Assembly (NCBI GenBank): GCA_963702895.1
Contig: OY969767.1
Coordinates: forward strand, 608,001-672,000
DNA length: 64,000 nucleotides
Direction: 5' to 3'
Source: an uncultured Elusimicrobia bacterium
Lineage (GTDB): Bacteria; Elusimicrobiota; Elusimicrobia; 2-01-FULL-59-12
The translations under genes and the position numbers were made by a program. The notes beneath the pieces are model-generated. The model saw only the letters and a list, made by a program, of their open reading frames with translations. It searched no databases and was not told where the DNA came from. Every line of letters starts with the position of its first letter. Positions within the stretch are counted from its first letter, which is position 1. This document shows positions 1 through 10,493 of the stretch, one piece after another.

Positions 1-2
1 CC

Positions 3-1235
3 GTTCCCGGAGTCAACGCGGAAGCGCTGCGCGGATTTTTCGCCATGCAGCAGAACACGCTCCTGGGATTCTTGGACATTTTTTCAGGCGGCGCCATGGG
101 GCGCCTCGCGATCTTTGCCATGGGCGTTGGCCCCTATATCAACGCCTCCATCATCATGAGCTTGCTGCAGGGGGCCCATGTCATTCCCTATCTGGATCGC
201 CTGGCGAAAGAAGGCGAGCAGGGCCGCAAGCGCCTCAACCAGATCACGCGCTATCTGACCCTGGTGCTGGGAGGGTTGCAGTCTTTTGGTTTGGCGCTGA
301 CGATCTCCAAGATGACGGGGCCTGGAGGCGCGTCCATTGTGCTGGATCCTTCCGCGGGATGGATTGCCTTGTCGGTGTTGACGCTCACCACCGGTTCGGT
401 CTTTATCATGTGGCTGGGAGAGCAGATCACAGAACGCGGCATTGGCAATGGCACGTCCCTGATCATTTTCTCCGGAATTGTTGACCGCATTCCGGCAGGG
501 GTGGCGGACCTGATTCGCCTGGTGCGGGTGGAAGAGTACACGCTCTTCCGAGCGATTTTCCTTGTGGCACTGGTCGTTGTGATCACAGGGCTTGTGGTGT
601 GGGTGGAGACCGCCCAGCGCAAAATTCCCGTGCAATACGCCAAACGCGTGGTCGGGCGCAGGATGTATGGCGGTGCGAGCACCTATTTACCGCTCAAGGT
701 CGATCAATCGGGCGTGATCGCGGTCATTTTTGCGGTATCGCTGCTCGCCGTCCCCGTCACGGTGGCCGCGTTTTTCCCGGAAAACGTGTGGGCGACCAAG
801 ATCGCACAGCTCGAGCAGCGCGGGAGCTGGATGTATGAGCTCCTTTACGCGGGTTTGATTATTTTCTTTTGCTATTTTTACAACTCGGTTCAGTTTAACC
901 CGAATGATTTGGCTGAAAATTTACGGAAATGGGGTGGTTTTGTCCCTGGCATCAGGCCGGGCGAGGCCACGGCCCGTTACATTGAGACGATCCTTGAGCG
1001 GATCACCCTGGGTGGCGCGCTCTTTGTGGCGGCGATCGCCGTGCTTCCGGACTATATGAGGAAGATTCTCAACGCTCCGTTTTTTTTCGGGGGGACGGCC
1101 CTCCTGATTGTGGTGGGTGTGGCTCTCGATACCATTGGGCAAATCCAATCACACCTGATCATGAGACATTATGATGGGTTTTTTAAAGGCGGCGGTGGCT
1201 TTAAGGGCCGCTGGTTCAATGTGGGGGGTAAATGA
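3..1235 (+). CDS. secY: Preprotein translocase SecY (5' end outside window)
   Basis: Motifs LGEQITERGIGNGTSLIIF, RKIPVQYAKR, FVPGIRPG; frame is open to the window start. Confidence 0.98.
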   Translation, partial: VPGVNAEALRGFFAMQQNTLLGFLDIFSGGAMGRLAIFAMGVGPYINASIIMSLLQGAHVIPYLDRLAKEGEQGRKRLNQITRYLTLVLGGLQSFGLALTISKMTGPGGASIVLDPSAGWIALSVLTLTTGSVFIMWLGEQITERGIGNGTSLIIFSGIVDRIPAGVADLIRLVRVEEYTLFRAIFLVALVVVITGLVVWVETAQRKIPVQYAKRVVGRRMYGGASTYLPLKVDQSGVIAVIFAVSLLAVPVTVAAFFPENVWATKIAQLEQRGSWMYELLYAGLIIFFCYFYNSVQFNPNDLAENLRKWGGFVPGIRPGEATARYIETILERITLGGALFVAAIAVLPDYMRKILNAPFFFGGTALLIVVGVALDTIGQIQSHLIMRHYDGFFKGGGGFKGRWFNVGGK

Positions 1236-1882
1236 GTCGATTTGTTTTTTTAGGGCCTCCTGGCGCGGGCAAAGGGACCCAAGCAGCGGTTGTGAGCGAG
1301 AAGCTGGGGTTTCCGGCGATTGCGACCGGAGCGATCTTTCGTGCGGCCATCGGCAAGGACACTTCACTGGGCCGGCAGGTCGCGCAGTTCGTGAACTCGG
1401 GGTTGCTTGTGCCCGATCAGCTGACCAATGCCGTGGTCGCGGAGCGCCTCAAGGAAAAGGATTGCAAAAAAGGTTTCATCCTGGATGGTTACCCGCGGAG
1501 CCTCGTTCAGGCGAAGGCGCTCGATGCCTTCTTGCAGAAGGCCAAGACACCGCTGGCCAGCGTGCTGTATTTTAAAGTTGTGGCCGGCGTCGTCGTTGAG
1601 CGCATGGGCAAAAGACGTGTCTGCGGGCAATGCGCGATGACGTACAACCTGGTCTCTCAGCCTCCGAAGCGGGAAGGGAAGTGCGATAAGTGCGGTGCCG
1701 CGCTCGTCACGCGCACCGATGATGAGCCGCAGTCCATTCGGAAGCGTCTGGAGATTTACGAAGAGACCATCCAGCCTCTTCTTCAATATTACGAGAAGAA
1801 GGGTGTGCTGAAGATTTGCGACGCCTCGTTGCCGGTCCAGGACGTGGCCAAAGGCGTCATGCAGATTTGTGGTGTGAAATAA
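1232..1882 (+). CDS. adk: Adenylate kinase
   Basis: GPPGAGKGTQ P-loop, LDGYPR, Cys-containing LID; follows secY. Confidence 0.98.
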   Translation: MSRFVFLGPPGAGKGTQAAVVSEKLGFPAIATGAIFRAAIGKDTSLGRQVAQFVNSGLLVPDQLTNAVVAERLKEKDCKKGFILDGYPRSLVQAKALDAFLQKAKTPLASVLYFKVVAGVVVERMGKRRVCGQCAMTYNLVSQPPKREGKCDKCGAALVTRTDDEPQSIRKRLEIYEETIQPLLQYYEKKGVLKICDASLPVQDVAKGVMQICGVK

Positions 1883-1894
1883 GGTCCGCCCTTG

Positions 1895-2698
1895 ATGGCG
1901 CAGGCCGCCCGTATTGAGCTGAAGAGTCCACGGGAAATTGATCTTTTAAGAACAGCCGGTCATGTTGCGGCCGAAGTCCTTTTCTCGCTCAAGAAAAGTA
2001 TCGTCGCCGGCATGACCACGCGAGAGATCGATGCGATGGCTGCCAAAATGATGCGCGAGCGCAGCGCGGTGCCGTCTTTTCTCCATTACCGGGGCTATCC
2101 CGCGACCGTGTGCACATCGGTCAATGAGGAGATTGTGCACGGTATCCCGAGCCAGAGGCGATTGAAGGATGGCGATCTCCTGAGCCTTGATATCGGTATG
2201 TTTGTCGAAGGCTATTGCGGCGATACGGCGACCTCGTGGGTCATTGGCCCCAAGGTCACAGACGAACAAGAGCGTTTGATGAATGCCGGCAAAGCGTCAC
2301 TCGAGGCTTCCATCGAGGCGGCGCGCGTAGGACTCCGGCTGGGGGATGTCTCCTTTGCGATGCAGTCCGTCGTGGAGAGCGCTGGGTTCCAGGTCGTTCG
2401 AGAATACGGTGGCCATGGGATCGGCCGAGCGATGCACGAAGAGCCCCATGTCGCTTGCTTCGGGAGTCCCCACACCGGATTACGGCTTGTGGAAGGCATG
2501 GTGCTGGCTCTTGAGGTGATGGCCAATGTGGGAACAGCAGCCATTCGTCATAAGTCGGATGGCTGGACCGTGGTGACGCAGGATGGCAGCCTTTCTGTGC
2601 ATTATGAGAAGATGGTGGCCTTGACGGCCTCAGGCACGGAAGTGCTGACACCGCATGGCGACGAAAAGGAGCGGGATGACCAAAGAAGAAAAGATTGA
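1895..2698 (+). CDS. map: Methionine aminopeptidase type I
   Basis: [25 protein letters not shown] motifs. Confidence 0.97.
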   Translation: MAQAARIELKSPREIDLLRTAGHVAAEVLFSLKKSIVAGMTTREIDAMAAKMMRERSAVPSFLHYRGYPATVCTSVNEEIVHGIPSQRRLKDGDLLSLDIGMFVEGYCGDTATSWVIGPKVTDEQERLMNAGKASLEASIEAARVGLRLGDVSFAMQSVVESAGFQVVREYGGHGIGRAMHEEPHVACFGSPHTGLRLVEGMVLALEVMANVGTAAIRHKSDGWTVVTQDGSLSVHYEKMVALTASGTEVLTPHGDEKERDDQRRKD

Positions 2699-2894
2699 GG
2701 TGGATGGCCGGGTGCTCGAGGCTTTTCCCAATGCGATGTTCAAGGTGGAAATCGAAGGCGGGCATACGGTGCTGGCGCATATTTCAGGGAAAATGCGCAT
2801 GCATTACATCAAGATTTTACCGGGGGACAAAGTCAAAGTCGAGTTGTCTCCCTACGACTTAAAAAGAGGTCGGATCACTTTCCGAGAGAAATGA
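2676..2894 (+). CDS. infA: Translation initiation factor IF-1
   Basis: [30 protein letters not shown] before ATG 2676. Confidence 0.98.
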   Translation: MTKEEKIEVDGRVLEAFPNAMFKVEIEGGHTVLAHISGKMRMHYIKILPGDKVKVELSPYDLKRGRITFREK

Positions 2895-2900
2895 TCAACC

Positions 2901-2956
2901 GTCATGCCGGCGAAAGCCGGCATCCAGCTCTGGACCCCGGCTTCCGCCGGGGTGAC
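2901..2956. repeat. REP-like double-hairpin palindrome (GTCAY...RTGAC family), copy 1
   Basis: GTCATGCCGGCGAAAGCCGGCATCCA...TGGACCCCGGCTTCCGCCGGGGTGAC; related copies elsewhere in window. Confidence 0.85.
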
Positions 2957-2970
2957 GTCAGGAGAATGAT

Positions 2971-3084
2971 ATGAACGTGCGAGCATCCGTCAAGCCCATT
3001 TGTGGTAAATGTAAAGTCATACGGCGCAAGGGCGTTGTGCGCGTCATTTGCAAAGAACCGCGGCACAAGCAGCGCCAAGGATAA
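2971..3084 (+). CDS. rpmJ: 50S ribosomal protein L36 (below ORF-track size cutoff)
   Basis: Manual translation [45 protein letters not shown]. Confidence 0.97.
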   Translation: MNVRASVKPICGKCKVIRRKGVVRVICKEPRHKQRQG

Positions 3085-3186
3085 GTCCGAGATGATCGAA
3101 GAGGGACGACCGACGAGGCATCAACGTCACAGTGGGATCATGAGGACTCGTCCCTCATCGCTCGTCTCTCAGAACGAGGAGTAGGT

Positions 3187-3591
3187 ATGGCCAGAATCTC
3201 AGGAGTCGATCTTCCCAAAGACAAGCGTGTCGATATCGCGCTTGCCTATATTTATGGCATTGGTCGCAAGCTGGGGTCCGATATTATTTCAGAAGCGCAG
3301 ATCGACCCGGCGACGCGCGTGAAAAACTTGACCGAAGCCGAGGTCAATAAAATCAGCTCCATCATATCGGCCAAGGAAATACGCGTGGAAGGCGACCTGC
3401 GCCGGGACATCCAGGCCAACATCCGTCGCTTTATTGAGATTGGGTCGTATCGCGGCTTTCGTCATCGGAGAAATCTCCCGTGCCGCGGCCAAAGAACCAA
3501 AACCAACGCCAGGACACGCAGAGGCCGCCGCAAGACCGTCGGGTCGGCGCGCGCGGAGAAGCCGACGGCAGCAGCGCCCACGGCGAAATAG
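3187..3591 (+). CDS. rpsM: 30S ribosomal protein S13
   Basis: [10 protein letters not shown]...[12 protein letters not shown]. Confidence 0.98.
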   Translation: MARISGVDLPKDKRVDIALAYIYGIGRKLGSDIISEAQIDPATRVKNLTEAEVNKISSIISAKEIRVEGDLRRDIQANIRRFIEIGSYRGFRHRRNLPCRGQRTKTNARTRRGRRKTVGSARAEKPTAAAPTAK

Positions 3592-3615
3592 CAGGAAGTC
3601 AGAACAGGAGAATTT

Positions 3616-4071
3616 ATGGCAGAAGAAAAGCTACCACCCCCCAAGTCCTCTGAGGCGAAACCTCAGGCCGGCGCCGCCGCGCGCGCAAGTGCCGGGTCCG
3701 CCAAGAAAAAGAAACTTTGGAAGAATGTGACTGTCGCGCGGGCCTGTATCCAGTCTTCATTCAATAACACGATCGTCTCGATCACCGATGAAGCAGGTCA
3801 GGTGATTGTGTGGTCGACGGCCGGCGCATGCGGTTTTAAGGGAACGAAGAAAGGCACGCCGTTTGCCGCGCAAGTCACAGCCGATACGGCCGCCAAGAAG
3901 GCGATGGAATTGGGCGTCAAACAGGTGCACGTGCTGGTGAAAGGGCCAGGATCAGGCCGAGAGACCGCGATCCGAGGGCTGCAGGGGGCCGGGCTTGCCA
4001 TTCTGTCGATTCGGGACGTCACGCCGATCCCCCATGACGGGTGCCGCCCACCCAAGCCGAGGAGAGTCTAG
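3616..4071 (+). CDS. rpsK: 30S ribosomal protein S11 (N-terminal extension)
   Basis: [34 protein letters not shown]. Confidence 0.98.
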   Translation: MAEEKLPPPKSSEAKPQAGAAARASAGSAKKKKLWKNVTVARACIQSSFNNTIVSITDEAGQVIVWSTAGACGFKGTKKGTPFAAQVTADTAAKKAMELGVKQVHVLVKGPGSGRETAIRGLQGAGLAILSIRDVTPIPHDGCRPPKPRRV

Positions 4072-4073
4072 CT

Positions 4074-4706
4074 ATGTCGAGATATATTGGACCCGTTTGC
4101 CGGCTGTGCCGCCGAGAAGGCACGAAGTTATTTCTGAAGGGCGAGAAGTGCTACAACGCCTGCATCCTCGACAAAGGCAAAAGAAAATCCGCCCCGGGCA
4201 TGCACGTGAAGCAGCGTGTGAAAGTGTCGGAATACGGCCGTCGTCTTCGTGAGAAACAGAAAACCAAGCGTATCGCCGGCTTGACCGAACAGCAGTTCCA
4301 CCATTATTTCGAGCAGGCGGAACGGCAACAGGGGCTCACCGGCGAGAACCTTCTCCGGATGCTCGAGACGAGGCTTGATAACGTGATCAAACGGTTAGGG
4401 TTCGCTCTGTCCATGCCTCATGCCCGACAGCTGGTGCTGCATGGGCATGTCAGCGTCAACGACAAGCGTGTGGATGTGCCGTCTTATCAAGTGCATCCCG
4501 GTGATAAAGTCAGTTTATCGGAGAAGGCCCGCCAGAATGTCGCTGTGCAGCAGGCCCTGGCGGCCCTGCAGAAGCGCGGTCCACTGCCCTCTTGGGTGGA
4601 AGTCAATGCCTCACACGTCTCTGGCAAAGTGCGCAGCTGGCCGAGCCGTGACGAAATGTCTTACCCCATTGATGAACAATTGATCGTGGAGCTGTATTCG
4701 AAATGA
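4074..4706 (+). CDS. rpsD: 30S ribosomal protein S4
   Basis: MSRYIGPVCRLCRREG, LETRLDN, LIVELYSK. Confidence 0.98.
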   Translation: MSRYIGPVCRLCRREGTKLFLKGEKCYNACILDKGKRKSAPGMHVKQRVKVSEYGRRLREKQKTKRIAGLTEQQFHHYFEQAERQQGLTGENLLRMLETRLDNVIKRLGFALSMPHARQLVLHGHVSVNDKRVDVPSYQVHPGDKVSLSEKARQNVAVQQALAALQKRGPLPSWVEVNASHVSGKVRSWPSRDEMSYPIDEQLIVELYSK

Positions 4707-4720
4707 CAGCGATTGTTGCT

Positions 4721-4794
4721 GTCATCCCGGCCGGTCGTAAGCCGGGATCCAAAGTTTAAAGATGGATCCCCCGCTTACAACCGCGGGGGATGAC
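4721..4794. repeat. REP-like double-hairpin palindrome, copy 2
   Basis: GTCATCCCGG...CCGGGATCCA...TGGATCCCCCGC...GCGGGGGATGAC. Confidence 0.85.
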
Positions 4795-4816
4795 GATTAA
4801 TAAGGAGGACGTACAG

Positions 4817-5833
4817 ATGAAATTACGCGATTTGGTATTGCCACAAAGCCTCGAGTGTGATCAGGAAACCCTGACCGACACATTTGGGCGCTTTTACGCG
4901 GAACCCTTTGAGAAGGGATACGGCCACACGATCGGGAACTCGTTAAGGCGGATTCTTTTGTCCAGCCTGGAGGGCTGCGCGGTGACGGCCGTGAAAATCG
5001 ATAAGGTCGTCCATGAATATTCCACGATGAAGGGTGTGCGTGAGGACGTCATCACGATCCTCCTGAACCTTAAACAGCTCCGTTTTAAACTTCATACGCC
5101 TGAGCCGGAGATCTTGCATCTCTCCGTAAAAGGGGAGCGCGTCGTGCGCGCCAAAGACATCGAGGCCAACGCCAACGTGGAGATCCTCACTCCGGACCTT
5201 CCTATTGCGACGCTGGACACCAATGGCGAGATCAACATGCAACTCTGGGTCTGCCGTGGCCGAGGCTATGTGCCTTCGGATAAACAGGTCAAGGAAAATT
5301 ATCCTGCGGACAGCCTGATGATGGACGCGCTCTTTTCCCCGGTCATCAAGATCCACTACGATGTGGAAAACTCCCGTGTCGGTCAAGTGACGGACTATGA
5401 CCGCCTGGTCTTAGACGTATGGACGGATGGCTCTGTCGCGCCGGGGGACGCGATCGCTTATTCCGCCAAGATCCTCAAGGACAGTCTTTCCATCTTCATT
5501 ACGTTTGAAGAAGAAGAGGTGGTGCAGGCTCCGGAAACTTCTGCGCAGGCCCCCCAAGCCGGTCTTCCGGGAGCGGACAGCGATCGTTTGCGGGAGTTGC
5601 TGAACCAACCCGTGGACATCATTGAGCTCTCGGTACGCGCTTCCAACTGTCTCAAGGCAGCCAAGATCCGCACGATTGGGGACCTCGTTTCGAAGACGGA
5701 CGAGGAGCTGATCGGTTATAAGAACTTTGGTAAAAAGTCTCTGGACGAGATTAAGGAACGCCTCTCGGAGCTCAGCCTCAGCCTCGGGATGGACATCTCC
5801 TCCATGACGGGCCAGACGGCTAAAACGAACTGA
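4817..5833 (+). CDS. rpoA: RNA polymerase alpha subunit
   Basis: EPFEKGYGHTIGNSLRRILLSS, ELSVRASNCL, NFGKKSL; AAGGAGG RBS. Confidence 0.98.
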   Translation: MKLRDLVLPQSLECDQETLTDTFGRFYAEPFEKGYGHTIGNSLRRILLSSLEGCAVTAVKIDKVVHEYSTMKGVREDVITILLNLKQLRFKLHTPEPEILHLSVKGERVVRAKDIEANANVEILTPDLPIATLDTNGEINMQLWVCRGRGYVPSDKQVKENYPADSLMMDALFSPVIKIHYDVENSRVGQVTDYDRLVLDVWTDGSVAPGDAIAYSAKILKDSLSIFITFEEEEVVQAPETSAQAPQAGLPGADSDRLRELLNQPVDIIELSVRASNCLKAAKIRTIGDLVSKTDEELIGYKNFGKKSLDEIKERLSELSLSLGMDISSMTGQTAKTN

Positions 5834-5855
5834 AGGGAAAACCGAGGAGTCTTGC

Positions 5856-6206
5856 ATGAATACGGGAGCAGGTAGAAAACTTGGGCGACCCACGGGGCAT
5901 CGTTTTCAGATGCTCCGTAACATGGCGACGAGCCTTTTGCACTATGAAAAGATCCAAACCACCAAACCCAAGGCGCGCGAGGTGGCGCGCGTGGCAGAAA
6001 GGCTCATCAGCTTGGCCAAAGCCGGCGACCTTTCGGCTCGGCGCCGCGTGGCCAGGGATTTGAAAAGTCCTTCCGTAAACGCTAAGCTCTTCGATATCCT
6101 TGCGCCACGCTACAAGGACCGAAAGGGCGGTTATACGCAATTCGTGATGAAAGGGCCGCGTCTCTCGGATGGTGCGGAAATCGGCATCCTCAAACTTGTC
6201 TCCTAA
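5856..6206 (+). CDS. rplQ: 50S ribosomal protein L17
   Basis: RKLGR...[15 protein letters not shown]. Confidence 0.97.
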   Translation: MNTGAGRKLGRPTGHRFQMLRNMATSLLHYEKIQTTKPKAREVARVAERLISLAKAGDLSARRRVARDLKSPSVNAKLFDILAPRYKDRKGGYTQFVMKGPRLSDGAEIGILKLVS

Positions 6207-7240
6207 TGTTTAACTATCTCTTCAGCCTGTTCTCGAACGACATGGGTATCGACCTGGGCACGGCCAATACGCTTGTTTATGTCAAAGGGCAAGGCATTGT
6301 GCTTCGAGAGCCTTCCGTGGTCGCCATTGAGAAAGACACGAAGAATGTGCTCGCCATTGGTGTGGAGGCGAAGCGCATGCTGGGCAAGACGCCTGCCAAT
6401 ATCGTGGCGGTGCGCCCCCTGCGCAATGGCGTCATCGCGGACTTTGATGTGACCGAGCGGATGATCCGTTACTTTATCAAGAAAGTGCACAATCGACGGA
6501 GCCTCTTGCATCCCCGCATCGTGATTGGTGTTCCCTCCGGGATCACCGAGGTGGAAAAGCGAGCCGTTCGCGAGTCGGCACAACAGGCGGGCGCGCGCGA
6601 GGTGTATTTAATTGAGGAGCCCATGGCGGCCGCGATAGGCGCGGACATACCCATTAACGAGCCGCGAGGGCATATGATTGTGGATATGGGAGGCGGCACC
6701 ACGGAAGTGGCTGTCGTATCGTTGGGGGATATGGTGGTTTCAAAGTCGCTCGATGTCGCGGGGGACGAGTTGGACGAGGCCATCATTCAGTACTTTCGCC
6801 GTAAGTACAACCTGCTCATTGGTGAAACTTCGGCGGAGGAAGTCAAAATAAAGATTGGATCGGTTTTTCCGCTGCCTGAAGAGCAAGTGATGGAAGTCAA
6901 AGGCCGCGACCAGGTGACAGGGTTGCCCAAGACGGTCACCATTACCTCGGAAGAGGTGCGGCAGGCGCTCGCGGACCCGATCAAACTGATTATTGAAGTC
7001 ATCAAGCAAACTCTGGAAGAAACACCGGCTGAGTTGGCTGCCGATTTAGTGGATACTGGCATTGTTCTTGCCGGCGGTGGGGCCCTTTTAAGGGGACTTC
7101 CCGACCTCTTGTCGCAGGAAACGGAACTGCCAGTGGTGTTGGCCGCAGATCCTCTGACCTGTGTGGTCATGGGGACCGGGCGTTATTTGGAAGAGCTGGA
7201 TCAAATGCGGCGCGAGCGCCGCTCCCTTCCACTGCACTAA
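6206..7240 (+). CDS. mreB: Rod shape protein MreB
   Basis: [28 protein letters not shown]. Confidence 0.98.
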   Translation: MFNYLFSLFSNDMGIDLGTANTLVYVKGQGIVLREPSVVAIEKDTKNVLAIGVEAKRMLGKTPANIVAVRPLRNGVIADFDVTERMIRYFIKKVHNRRSLLHPRIVIGVPSGITEVEKRAVRESAQQAGAREVYLIEEPMAAAIGADIPINEPRGHMIVDMGGGTTEVAVVSLGDMVVSKSLDVAGDELDEAIIQYFRRKYNLLIGETSAEEVKIKIGSVFPLPEEQVMEVKGRDQVTGLPKTVTITSEEVRQALADPIKLIIEVIKQTLEETPAELAADLVDTGIVLAGGGALLRGLPDLLSQETELPVVLAADPLTCVVMGTGRYLEELDQMRRERRSLPLH

Positions 7241-7321
7241 ACGAGCGCCACACGTCAGTCGCTCGTCCGACCGAAATGAGTCGGACGGTTATCTCCTAGA
7301 GTCCAAGAAGGGTTGATCCTG

Positions 7322-8164
7322 ATGGACTGGGACATTCGCGAGCGATACCGATCTACGATTCTTCTGGCGGGGCTTTTATTCACCTCTTCGGCCTTCCTGG
7401 CGTTCCATAAAAGAGAACCGATCCGGTTTTTGCAGGTTTTCCTGAGGCATTTCGCGCTTCCCCCGCAGAAATTTCTGATCAAACTCTCAACCTCCGTATC
7501 CCCTGCGGAGCTCGCTCCTGACCATCCGTCCATCGACCTGGACGCTGCGGAGCGATCTTCGCGCCTGGAGACCCTCTACCCGGCTGAACTCCAGAGAAAA
7601 ATGCAGATGCTCGCTGAAGAAAATCGAAAACTTCGCGAAATCCTCAACCTTCAAGCGGACCGATGGCCGAAGGCACTTCCCGCGCATGTCGTAGGACGCG
7701 ACCCGCAGCGTTGGTTCCAGGATATCGTCTTGGACAAGGGGACGGAAGATGGTCTCGCGGTCGATGATCCCGTGCTGGCCATTGAGGATGGACGGGAAGC
7801 CCTCATTGGGCGCATTTCAGAGGCTTCGGGCCGGGTCTCCAAGGTGATGCTCCTGCAGGACCCCCTCAGCGCGGTGGCGGCTGAAGTTCTTGGTGTGGCA
7901 GGGGAAGACGGTGTTGTTGAGGGAACCAACTCTCATGCGTTGCTCTTGAAGTACTTGGACCGCGGAAGTCAGGTGAAGATTGGAGATCTCGTGGTGACCT
8001 CGGGACTCGGAAAGATGTTCCCCGCCAAGGTGCCCATCGGCTGGGTCAAAGAGCTCGAGCCGGATCCTCGTCAGCTCTTTTTACAGGCTCACTTGCGTCC
8101 GGCGGTCAAATCCAGCGCCTTGCGCAACGTGCTGGTCATCATGCTTCCGAGGGCTGAACCATGA
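7322..8164 (+). CDS. mreC: Rod shape protein MreC
   Basis: N-terminal TM, EENRKLREIL coiled coil, GDLVVTSGLG; operon position. Confidence 0.93.
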   Translation: MDWDIRERYRSTILLAGLLFTSSAFLAFHKREPIRFLQVFLRHFALPPQKFLIKLSTSVSPAELAPDHPSIDLDAAERSSRLETLYPAELQRKMQMLAEENRKLREILNLQADRWPKALPAHVVGRDPQRWFQDIVLDKGTEDGLAVDDPVLAIEDGREALIGRISEASGRVSKVMLLQDPLSAVAAEVLGVAGEDGVVEGTNSHALLLKYLDRGSQVKIGDLVVTSGLGKMFPAKVPIGWVKELEPDPRQLFLQAHLRPAVKSSALRNVLVIMLPRAEP

Positions 8165-8661
8165 GAAAAGTGCTTTATTTTGCGCTTACCGTTTGGATCC
8201 TTCTCTGGGCCCAGGTGGTCAGCAATCATTTTCTGGGGGGAACGCTCTTTTCTATTCAGTGGATATTTCTCGCCGTTCTACACTTTGGGTTGGCGCGCGG
8301 CCCTTGGACAGGCGAAAGCATGGGTTTTGTCTGGGGGCTTCTCCTGGATGCCTCGACGCTGGGTTTTCTGGGCCTTCATAGCATGCTTTTTTCCCTCGCG
8401 GGTTACGCGGCAGGAATGTTTCGCCGTCAGCTGGATGCCTCGAAACTCTGGACGCAGACGATCCTCTCCTGGATGGCGTCGCTGGCTTACTTTACGGCAT
8501 ATTTCTTGGTGACACGCCTTTTGTCTTCGAGTGAAGAGTCCCTGCGTTGGGCGTTTCTCACCGTCCCGCTGCTCAATGCCCTCGCAGCGCCCTTGGTGTT
8601 CTACGTCCTGGACTTCTGGGCGCAGGTATGGGATCAAGATTCTGCCGAGAGGAAGATCTAA
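8161..8661 (+). CDS. mreD: Rod shape protein MreD
   Basis: Multi-TM protein with GFVWGLLLD; between mreC and mrdA. Confidence 0.88.
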   Translation: MRKVLYFALTVWILLWAQVVSNHFLGGTLFSIQWIFLAVLHFGLARGPWTGESMGFVWGLLLDASTLGFLGLHSMLFSLAGYAAGMFRRQLDASKLWTQTILSWMASLAYFTAYFLVTRLLSSSEESLRWAFLTVPLLNALAAPLVFYVLDFWAQVWDQDSAERKI

Positions 8662-10493
8662 TGGTCTTTGTCGTAGGGTTTTCTCATCAGGCCGTGAGGG
8701 CGTCGCGAACAAGGGTGCTCCTGGCCATTGCCATGGGTGCCTTGGCCGCGTGTTTTCTAAAGCTTTTTGTTCTTCAGGTGATTCGAGGAAAAGCTTTTGC
8801 CCGCGCTTCTGAAAGCAACCATACCCAAATTCTTGTTGAGCGTGCGCCGAGGGGGCGTATTCTTGACCGTCATGGTGCCGTGTTGGCGGATGATCAGCCG
8901 GTCTTTGTCGCTCTCTTTTCACCCCTTGGACTTGAACCGACGCGTTTTGAGCCCCTGTCGACACGCCTCGCATCGATCTTGCATGTCCAGGGTCCGGAGA
9001 TCCAGAAACGGATCTTTGCGGCCGTCAAATCAAGATCCATGATGCGGATTTCGGACCGCCTCACGCGCGCCCAGGCCTTTCAAATTCTACAGTCGAGGGC
9101 CCATCTGCCCGGGATTTCGCTGACCGTCGAAGAACAGCGCCACTACCCGATGGGTAAACTGGCTTCGCATGTGCTGGGCCATGTGGGACAGATCTCGGAC
9201 GCCGAACTGGAACATTTCGCCGACCAGGGATACCAACGTGGCGACTGGATTGGCAAACTGGGTCTTGAGCGCCTCTACGACCCCTCGCTTCACGGGCAGG
9301 ACGGTGGATTCTTGATCGAGGTGGATGCCCGCGGGAGGCAAGTTCGGGTGGTGCGCCACGTCCAGCCCCAGGCAGGAAAAGATCTCATCCTCACGCTGGA
9401 CCATAAGCTCCAGGCCCTCGCCGAACGGCAGCTGAGCGCGACCGGTCATCACGGAGCCGCTGTCGTCATGAACCCTAATTCGGGAGAGCTGCTCGCGCTT
9501 GCCTCCTCTCCGGGTTTTGACCCGAATCTCTTCATGCCGCTGGGAGATTCTGATGAACGCAGAAGAATTCTTCGAGACAATGTCCATAAGCCGCTTCTCA
9601 ATAGGACCATTCAAGAATACTACCCTCCTGGTTCCACGTTTAAGATCATCACCTCTCTGGCCGCCCTGGAGAAGAAAACGTTTGATCCCGCGAAGAAGGT
9701 GTACTGCAAAGGCTATCTCCTCTTTGGTAAAGAGAAGAGAAAGTTTCGTTGCTGGAAAGAACATGGCCATGGAGGGGTGGATTTTAAGCGCGCCCTCGCC
9801 GAAAGCTGTGACGTTTACTACTACCAGATCGCGGACGAGCTGGGACCTGAAGCGATAGAAGAGATGGCCCAGCGTTTTGGCCTTGGGGCCATCACCGGCG
9901 TCGATCTTCCGCACGAAAAGCACGCGAAGCTGCCGGTCGCACTCAAAAAATCAAAGTCGAGGGCTTCTGAGCGCTACTGGCACGGAGGTGACACTTTGAA
10001 TTACGCCATCGGACAAGGGGATTTGCAGGTGACGCCGCTCCAAATGACCAACCTGACCGCGACCTTCGCCTCGAGCGGCAATATGTGGCAACCCTACCTC
10101 GTTTCAGAATCACAACGCTTCGGCCACTTTCTGGAACGTCTCGGAGGGCCACGCCTGCTGAGCCGAATTAGTGTTTCGGATCCATCCTGGGCGCTCGTCC
10201 GAGAGGGTCTGGAAGAGGCGGTGCGAGCAGGGACGGGCATGGCGGCTCGCATATCCGGTATTCGTGTCGCAGGGAAGACCGGCACCGCCCAGGCGTCGAA
10301 GGGTGAGGATCACGCGTGGTTTGTCGCTTACGCGCCGGCCGATAACCCTCAGGTGGCCTGTGCGGTCTTGGTCGAGCATGGCGGGCATGGGGGGGCCGTG
10401 GCGGCTCCTATCGCGCATGATCTGTTGGCCATGGTCTTAAATACGGATCAAGTGGGTCGCCGAGAACAGCACGAGGTCATCGAGAGTGATTAG
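8661..10493 (+). CDS. mrdA: Penicillin-binding protein 2
   Basis: APRGRILDR, STFK (SxxK), SCD, KTG motifs. Confidence 0.95.
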   Translation: MVFVVGFSHQAVRASRTRVLLAIAMGALAACFLKLFVLQVIRGKAFARASESNHTQILVERAPRGRILDRHGAVLADDQPVFVALFSPLGLEPTRFEPLSTRLASILHVQGPEIQKRIFAAVKSRSMMRISDRLTRAQAFQILQSRAHLPGISLTVEEQRHYPMGKLASHVLGHVGQISDAELEHFADQGYQRGDWIGKLGLERLYDPSLHGQDGGFLIEVDARGRQVRVVRHVQPQAGKDLILTLDHKLQALAERQLSATGHHGAAVVMNPNSGELLALASSPGFDPNLFMPLGDSDERRRILRDNVHKPLLNRTIQEYYPPGSTFKIITSLAALEKKTFDPAKKVYCKGYLLFGKEKRKFRCWKEHGHGGVDFKRALAESCDVYYYQIADELGPEAIEEMAQRFGLGAITGVDLPHEKHAKLPVALKKSKSRASERYWHGGDTLNYAIGQGDLQVTPLQMTNLTATFASSGNMWQPYLVSESQRFGHFLERLGGPRLLSRISVSDPSWALVREGLEEAVRAGTGMAARISGIRVAGKTGTAQASKGEDHAWFVAYAPADNPQVACAVLVEHGGHGGAVAAPIAHDLLAMVLNTDQVGRREQHEVIESD